Part shown: positions 58,572-64,000 of the stretch, piece by piece
Numbering within the stretch: the stretch's first letter is position 1
How the letters are laid out: the number at the start of each line of letters is the position of its first letter
Assembly: GCA_965228735.1 (NCBI GenBank)
Contig: OZ245838.1
Location: 7,104,001-7,168,000, forward strand
Origin: Planctomycetota bacterium
GTDB taxonomy: Bacteria > Planctomycetota > UBA1135 > UBA2386
Reading direction: 5' to 3'
Length of the DNA: 64,000 bases
Program-made: the position numbers and the translations under genes
The notes under the pieces: generated by a model
Seen by the model: the letters and a program-made list of their open reading frames with translations, nothing else
What the model was told of the DNA's origin: nothing
The model's database searches: none

Positions 58572-60605
58572 TTAGCGAGGCGGAAGGACGATGGTTTGCT
58601 CCGAGACTTCGTTCGCCCGAATGACGACATCCACGATGGCGGTCTTGCGCCCATTGGCGGTGACGAAGAGGCGTTGCGCACCAAGCCTCAACCCGTGGAA
58701 AGTGGTCATGTCGTCCTCGACGAGATCGAATACCTGATCGCCGATGATGACCGTCGCGCTTTCGATTGGCGCGCCGGCATCGTCCTTTGCCGCGAGTCGG
58801 ATCCGGCCGCTGGGAATACGCAACTGCCACGGGCCGGCGCCCTGTAGTGGGAACCGCTGCGTCAGGTGGCGCGCCGTCAGGTCGTCGGACTCCGGCGGAT
58901 ACACGACCAGCGTGTCGCTGGCGCGTGCGTCGATACCGAGCCAGCCGCCGAGATCGTCGAGCGGAACCGTGTCCGGTGTCTCGCGCACGTTCTGCCAACC
59001 CGGGCGCAAGAGCGCGGCCTCGAGCCAGGCGCAAGGCTTGCCGTCGGCGAAGGTGACGCTCACGTTGGGCTTTGTGCCGAGTCGAATCGTCCCGACGTCG
59101 ACCACGACATCGACGCCGCGCGGTGGCAGGACAACGGGTAGCAGGCGTGCCCACTCGCTGCCGTCGAGCGGACGGACGACGAGGATCGAGAGGCCTTCCA
59201 GCGTCGTGGGAAGCGAGAAGGCGCCGTCGGTCTGCAGTTCCGCGTCGAACTCATCGTTCTCAGGGTGCACGCAATCGCGATGGCCGCGCCACGACCGCAG
59301 GCCCACTCGCGATGCCACTGGTTCGCCGTTCGCGTCGACGACCTGGCCTTCGACTCGGCTCGGAGGGAACGGGTGGAGGCGTATCGGGGCCGCAGCCAAC
59401 GCCTCGGCCTGGGTGAGGCGGAAGGGGCGGCGAGCTTCACCGAGCTCGAACGTGAGTGAGCCCGGCGGTAACGCGATCGGAAGCCCGAGCCGGATTTCCT
59501 CCGAGATGTCGCGGACGCCGCTGGCGGACCAGAGCGCCACCTCGATCGGCGGGTCGCCGGCGACGCGGACCAGGATCTCGGTCGACGCCGCGTTCGTCTC
59601 TTCCTGCGCTGCGGCTGGTGCACTCTCACGTGGTGCCGTTGGGCGGGCCACGAACTGCTCGGGATCCTGATCTGGTTCGGGAAGGCGCAGGACGAACGGT
59701 TCGGCTGCCGGGCGCTCGAACCACACGCGTTGTCGGCCGTGGACGACAACGAGGTTGTTGGCAACTTCGGGGCCGAACAGCGCGAACGAACCGTCACGCT
59801 TTGTTCGGGTCCAGGGACCTCGGTGGTCGCCCGAATCGCACCCGACGTAGGCGTCGCGAACCGCTGTTCCTGCCGCATCGAGAACGCGACCGATGGCTGG
59901 TTTGCCGGGTGGTGTTCGGAACGTCAACGGCGGCTCGTCGGGATGCCACGTCGCATCATCGAAGTAGCCGAGTGCGAGCGCGGGGTGCTCGAGGTAGATG
60001 TCGCCGATGCCGTCGTGCGGGTCGACTCCGGTCAGGGTGACGAGGCCAGTCGCGTCGGTGCGACCCCAGGCCAGATCCGGGGTATGCCCACAACCGCCGC
60101 AGAACCCGACGAGCACGTTGGGGACCGGCTCATGGCGCCAGTCGAGGATCCTGACTGGAACCGGGATCGCGGGGGCGAGGGCCGTGATGCCTTGATCGAC
60201 GGATCCCATGCTGACCGTCGCGGCGTAGCCGGGTGCGCGAACGATCGTCCAGCCCCAGGGTCGGTAGTTCGGAGCCCGCTCATCGCATCGCAGTCTCACG
60301 AAGCCGTCGGCGTCCGCCGTCGCGCGCATCGAGAACCAGAACTCACCGCGAAGTGGCGTCGGGCTTTCCGCATCGAGCAACAACTCTGCCGTCGGAACCG
60401 GGGCCCCCGTCATGCCATCGACGACCCTCGTGACCAGCCACGATTGGTCGTTCGTGTAGACGCGGCCGTCCCAGCCGGTCGGATACATCTTGGGCGTGAT
60501 CGATACTTGTGCAGCTACCGCCGTCGTGAGCGCGAGTAGGCAGACCGCTGCTGAAGGGAGCGAGCTCGCAAGGCTCTGGGCTCGTGGGGCGCAGCGGTTC
60601 GGCAT
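58572..60605 (-). CDS. Secreted carboxypeptidase-regulatory-like domain protein
   Basis: Signal peptide ending VAA-Q; repeated VVDxxGxPV / TDxxG motifs; FCGGCGH; start inferred. Confidence 0.78.
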   Translation of the reverse strand: MPNRCAPRAQSLASSLPSAAVCLLALTTAVAAQVSITPKMYPTGWDGRVYTNDQSWLVTRVVDGMTGAPVPTAELLLDAESPTPLRGEFWFSMRATADADGFVRLRCDERAPNYRPWGWTIVRAPGYAATVSMGSVDQGITALAPAIPVPVRILDWRHEPVPNVLVGFCGGCGHTPDLAWGRTDATGLVTLTGVDPHDGIGDIYLEHPALALGYFDDATWHPDEPPLTFRTPPGKPAIGRVLDAAGTAVRDAYVGCDSGDHRGPWTRTKRDGSFALFGPEVANNLVVVHGRQRVWFERPAAEPFVLRLPEPDQDPEQFVARPTAPRESAPAAAQEETNAASTEILVRVAGDPPIEVALWSASGVRDISEEIRLGLPIALPPGSLTFELGEARRPFRLTQAEALAAAPIRLHPFPPSRVEGQVVDANGEPVASRVGLRSWRGHRDCVHPENDEFDAELQTDGAFSLPTTLEGLSILVVRPLDGSEWARLLPVVLPPRGVDVVVDVGTIRLGTKPNVSVTFADGKPCAWLEAALLRPGWQNVRETPDTVPLDDLGGWLGIDARASDTLVVYPPESDDLTARHLTQRFPLQGAGPWQLRIPSGRIRLAAKDDAGAPIESATVIIGDQVFDLVEDDMTTFHGLRLGAQRLFVTANGRKTAIVDVVIRANEVSEQTIVLPPR

Positions 60606-60817
60606 CGTGTCATGGTAGCGAAGCTGCTCAGGCTCGACTGTTAACCAGAATCCGAGCTCTCTCCCCGTCCGCAGAGAGCATCCGCCCTGGTGCCACTCAG
60701 GCCGACCCCGTTCCCGGGTGGGGACCCGCAGCACCCCGGTCTCGCGAACACCCGCCCCAAGCCCAGCGACCGCCCACAACCGCCCCCGACACCCCCGCCT
60801 ACGCCACTCCCCGCTCC

Positions 60818-60855
60818 AAAAGAAAACGCCCCGCGGCTGCTAACCGCGAGGCGTT
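60818..60855 (-). terminator. Rho-independent terminator within repeat copy B
   Basis: AACGCCTCGCGG/CCGCGGGGCGTT hairpin followed by TTCTTTT on the minus strand. Confidence 0.65.
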
Positions 60856-60914
60856 CTCATCCGCATCATCTGCGGCGACTGGCTCCCCAGAGCGGGCGTG
60901 GATGCGAACTTCGG
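60825..60914. repeat. 90-bp structured direct repeat, copy B (att-like)
   Basis: Matches 55294-55383. Confidence 0.85.
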
Positions 60915-60925
60915 GGCCGTAGGGC

Positions 60926-61828
60926 TCACTTCTTCTGGTCGTCCGGGACGAACAGTTTGGTCCATCGCGAGCCTTGGAACTCCTTCGCGGTTCGGGAGCG
61001 CAGGTCCGTGGCCGCGCCGCCGCGCGTCTCGACGGCACGGATGCGGTTGAGACGACCGAGGGCCTTGATGCCGAGCTTGGCCGCGTCGGCTTCCGGCTCT
61101 CGGGCGAACGCACCCGCGAGCGTCCGCAGGCGTTTGATCTCCGGAGTCAGGTCGGCGCCCTTGGCGGCGGCTTCGAACACGGACGCGAACTGGGCTTCGG
61201 CCCAGTCTCGAGCCTTCTTCGTCGCGGCAACGATCAGGTCGCGTTCTTCGCAGCGGCCAAACGTGTCATCGGCCGTCTTGGCGGCCTTGAGCACGGCCCG
61301 CCAGTCTTGCTTCTCCGCGGCCTTCTGCGCCTCGGTGGCGAGCTTGGCGAGGCGTTTGCGGAGTTCCGGAGGTGCGTCGAGCTTGCCGAGCTTCTCGACT
61401 TTGTCGAGCATCTCCGCGAACTGCACGCGGGAAACCCCGCCCGAGTAGCCGGTGACCCATTCGCCCTCGTGCGTGAGGATGGCAACGAAGGGCAGGCTGG
61501 TCGCTCCCGCCAGGTTCGCGTCCATGATGCCCGCAACGTCGGAGTCCGGATCGTCACAGTCAGCCGCCAGGCCGACCGCGAGATCGCCGATTCGCCCGTG
61601 CACGGGAGCGACGCCGAGGATGCCCTCCACGAGGGCACGGCACATGCCTCAAGCCTGGCGGCCGTACTCGACGAGCACGAACTTCTGCTGCTTCCTTGCG
61701 GCCGCCTGCGCGTCCGCCAGCTTCTTGTGCCACTGCAGGGCGCCGTTGTCGGCGAAATGCGGATGACCTTGCGCTGGCGCCTGGGCGATGAGTGATGCCA
61801 GAGCGATCGTGAGGATGGGCTTGAGCAT
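60926..61828 (-). CDS. Exported thioredoxin-fold protein, probable selenoprotein (UxxC; TGA 61649-61651)
   Basis: Track ORFs 61649..61843 and 60926..61645 are in the same frame: W..LADAQAAARKQQKFVLVEYGRQA-TGA-GMCRAL..SLPFVAIL; GAGGT upstream of ATG 61828. Confidence 0.87.
61613..61641 (-). promoter_or_regulatory. Candidate bacterial SECIS hairpin
   Basis: GCCG/CGGC lower stem, TCCT 3' bulge, TGCCCTC/GAGGGCA upper stem, GTG loop starting 18 nt after the TGA. Confidence 0.65.
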
Positions 61829-62000
61829 GGCTACCTCTTCCATGTTGGGAAGAGTAGGGCAACTCGCCGAGTTAGGCTAGTCGCGTGCAGTCGTTGGAGG
61901 TGCAGTCGGTCGGCGGCGTGAGGGGTTGTCGTCGGTTGCTGATCTGGCCGACGCACGGGCTCTTGCGGCCGGGGTGACCGTCAACCAGAATCCGAGTGCC

Positions 62001-62201
62001 GACATCCTCGCTGACTTCCCCGACCTGGAGCGCGCTGACATCCACGCGGCCCTCGCGTACGCGACGGAGCGGGAGCGACGGTCTGTGGAAGTCCCGCCCG
62101 CGTGAAGCTCCTGTTCGACGAGAATCTGGCGCCGCGGCCCGCCGCGGCATTGCAGGACCTGTTTCCCGAATCGCAGCACGTCCGCGATGCCGGACGTGCC
62201 G
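62001..62201 (+). pseudogene. Degenerate partial duplicate of the DUF433/DUF5615 junction
   Basis: Ungapped match to 57283-57483 with about 18 mismatches in 201 nt by manual count. Confidence 0.85.
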
Positions 62202-62219
62202 TCGCTTCGGACGCGCAGA

Positions 62220-63701
62220 TCAGTTGAAGATCGGCAGCTCGGTGACGCGGCCGACGAAGAAGTTGTCGTTCGAGTCGATCCAGCCAGCCTGCAGGTAGAG
62301 GTTCTGCGCCACGAAGGCCGGCGAGGTCGGCACTTGCAGCGTGATGGTCTGCGAGGCGTTGAATGGGAAGCCGATGCCGGCGACGATCACCGGGTCGGTG
62401 AGCACGGGGTTGTCGAGGTAGGCGCCCGGCGTGTTGGTGCGAGAGAACGAGGCGCCGAGGGCCCAGATCTGGTCGAGCACGTTGAAGTGGGCGTCGACCT
62501 CGAACGAGAAGCTCTGGCCAGGCGCCGCGGCGACGACTCGGTCGTGAATCGAGACCTCGCGCTCCATACCGGTGCGGTAGAAGCTGAGCGGGTCGTTGGG
62601 ACCCTGCCCGAAGAAGAAGATGGTCGGGTCGAGCTCGTTCGGCTGAGCGTTCGGATCCTGCTGGACGAACGGTGGGATGGAGTAGACGAACAGCTCCAAC
62701 GGGGTCAGGACCGTGTAGGCGCCACCCGGTTCGGTGGTGAGACCGTCCCGCACGTGCATTACCGACGCGCTGCGTTCGGGGGTGCCGGCGACGATCTGTC
62801 GAGTGATGAACGACAGCCATTGACGGTCGCCGCTGACCTCCAGCGTTTCTACATCCACACCGATCGTGAGGTCACGGATCGCGAGCGGGTTGTTGCGGTT
62901 GAAGCGCACGATCTTGTGGATCGAGGGCGTCGCGTTGTTCGACATGCGCGCGACCAGATACTGCGTGTCGATCCACTTCAGGTCGGTCATCGTGTGATTG
63001 GCCGGCACGTTGAAGCTCACGACGCCGCCCGGAACGCTGCCGTTGAAGTTCACGAACGAGACCTGCTGACCGGTCGTGCCGTTGCTGAGGAACGCGATCT
63101 GCGATAGCGAGCCGTTGTCGATCACGGTCAACGGTTCAGTCGCGGCCGGGCCCGAGGTGGGGGTGAGTCGAGGCGGGTTGCCCGCGATCCCGCTGCGGCC
63201 GGTGTAGAAGAGGTTGCCGACGGAGTTGCCCGGCTGCGTGTTGGCGCGCCGCAGGAAGAACGTGTTGTTGCCGGTGCGCACGCCCTCGACGCGCCAGCTC
63301 TCGTTGGTCGCGAACGACAAGGTCGGCAGCTGAGTCGCTCCGCCGACGAGGTATCGTTCGACGAGCACGGCGTTGCCATTGACGTCGTTCTGCACATCGT
63401 AGGTCGTGGTCGGCGTCGCCGTGCTGCGTTCCCAGATGATCGAATCGACCGAGCCGGCGGCGAACGGGTCGATGATCTGCACGAAGGTCGGGTTGCCGCC
63501 GGTCGCGAGGTCGAAGTAGCCGTAGGCGCCGTTCGTCGCGCGCAGTAGAACCCGCAAGCCGGCGTCGCCGAAGCCGAACGAGGTCCCGCCCTGCGAGGTG
63601 AGGTTGTTGACGGTGAATGGGGTCAGATACTGCGCCGCCAGTGGGCTGCAGCAGGCGAGGGCGAACGCCGTAGCGGCGATCGAAGGAAGTCGTGTAGTCA
63701 T
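62220..63701 (-). CDS. Secreted beta-rich protein with shared C-terminal module
   Basis: Signal peptide ending LAA-Q; LQVPTSPAFVAQNLYLQAGWID. Confidence 0.8.
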   Translation of the reverse strand: MTTRLPSIAATAFALACCSPLAAQYLTPFTVNNLTSQGGTSFGFGDAGLRVLLRATNGAYGYFDLATGGNPTFVQIIDPFAAGSVDSIIWERSTATPTTTYDVQNDVNGNAVLVERYLVGGATQLPTLSFATNESWRVEGVRTGNNTFFLRRANTQPGNSVGNLFYTGRSGIAGNPPRLTPTSGPAATEPLTVIDNGSLSQIAFLSNGTTGQQVSFVNFNGSVPGGVVSFNVPANHTMTDLKWIDTQYLVARMSNNATPSIHKIVRFNRNNPLAIRDLTIGVDVETLEVSGDRQWLSFITRQIVAGTPERSASVMHVRDGLTTEPGGAYTVLTPLELFVYSIPPFVQQDPNAQPNELDPTIFFFGQGPNDPLSFYRTGMEREVSIHDRVVAAAPGQSFSFEVDAHFNVLDQIWALGASFSRTNTPGAYLDNPVLTDPVIVAGIGFPFNASQTITLQVPTSPAFVAQNLYLQAGWIDSNDNFFVGRVTELPIFN

Positions 63702-64000
63702 CTCTGTCGTGGGTTCGTTGTCGAGCCGTCGAACGCGGAGGTCGCGAGACGGGATGACGTTGGTGTCTCGGGGCGTCGCGGCGGCTGGCGCAGTCCTCGG
63801 ATTTTCGCGAACGGCTGCGTCGTCGTTGCTGTTCGTGCCGCAGCGCTTCGCCCGCGCCCATCGCCGTGGCGCGCGAACTCGGTCTACACGAATGCGAACG
63901 GGCCGCGCGTCGGAGGCGACGCCGTCGATCCTGACAACGGAACCGCGATAGTCGCGGCCGCTCTGGTCGAGCGACCGCCTGTGTCAGGCTCCGCCGGGAA

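Noticed and set aside
60880..60914. Intact tRNA or tRNA-Sec
   Set aside because: Only a 3'-end resemblance with wrong T-arm to CCA spacing; no anticodon or D arm.

Overview
High-GC bacterial window. The gene content (five ECF sigma factors, a Ser/Thr kinase, a PQQ-like propeller, ELWxxDGT and carboxypeptidase-regulatory-like secreted proteins) is typical of Planctomycetota; this taxonomic call is an inference. It holds about 45 real genes, and most listed ORFs are antisense shadows. Main observations: (1) two genes that the ORF track truncates or splits have an in-frame TGA exactly at a catalytic Cys position, each followed by a bSECIS-like hairpin. They are an exported rhodanese (HUGSGGRS) and an exported thioredoxin-fold protein (UGMC), probably selenoproteins. 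(2) An unnamed ~110-aa terminal module is shared by seven otherwise unrelated secreted proteins, and about 16 secreted proteins have Gln right after the signal peptide. (3) An ECF sigma-TM-extracellular fusion missed by the ORF track has an internal SD+ATG. (4) There are unusual fusions: DUF318 permease + FG-GAP/ASPIC, and ZAS anti-sigma + C25-like domain. (5) A translationally coupled four-gene orphan histidine-kinase operon is present. (6) A decayed mobile hotspot at 55.3-62.2 kb has TA modules, nested IS relics and a 90-bp tRNA-3'-like direct repeat. No rRNA, intact tRNA, CRISPR array or sel genes were seen. All family calls are from motif recognition by eye; no searches were run.
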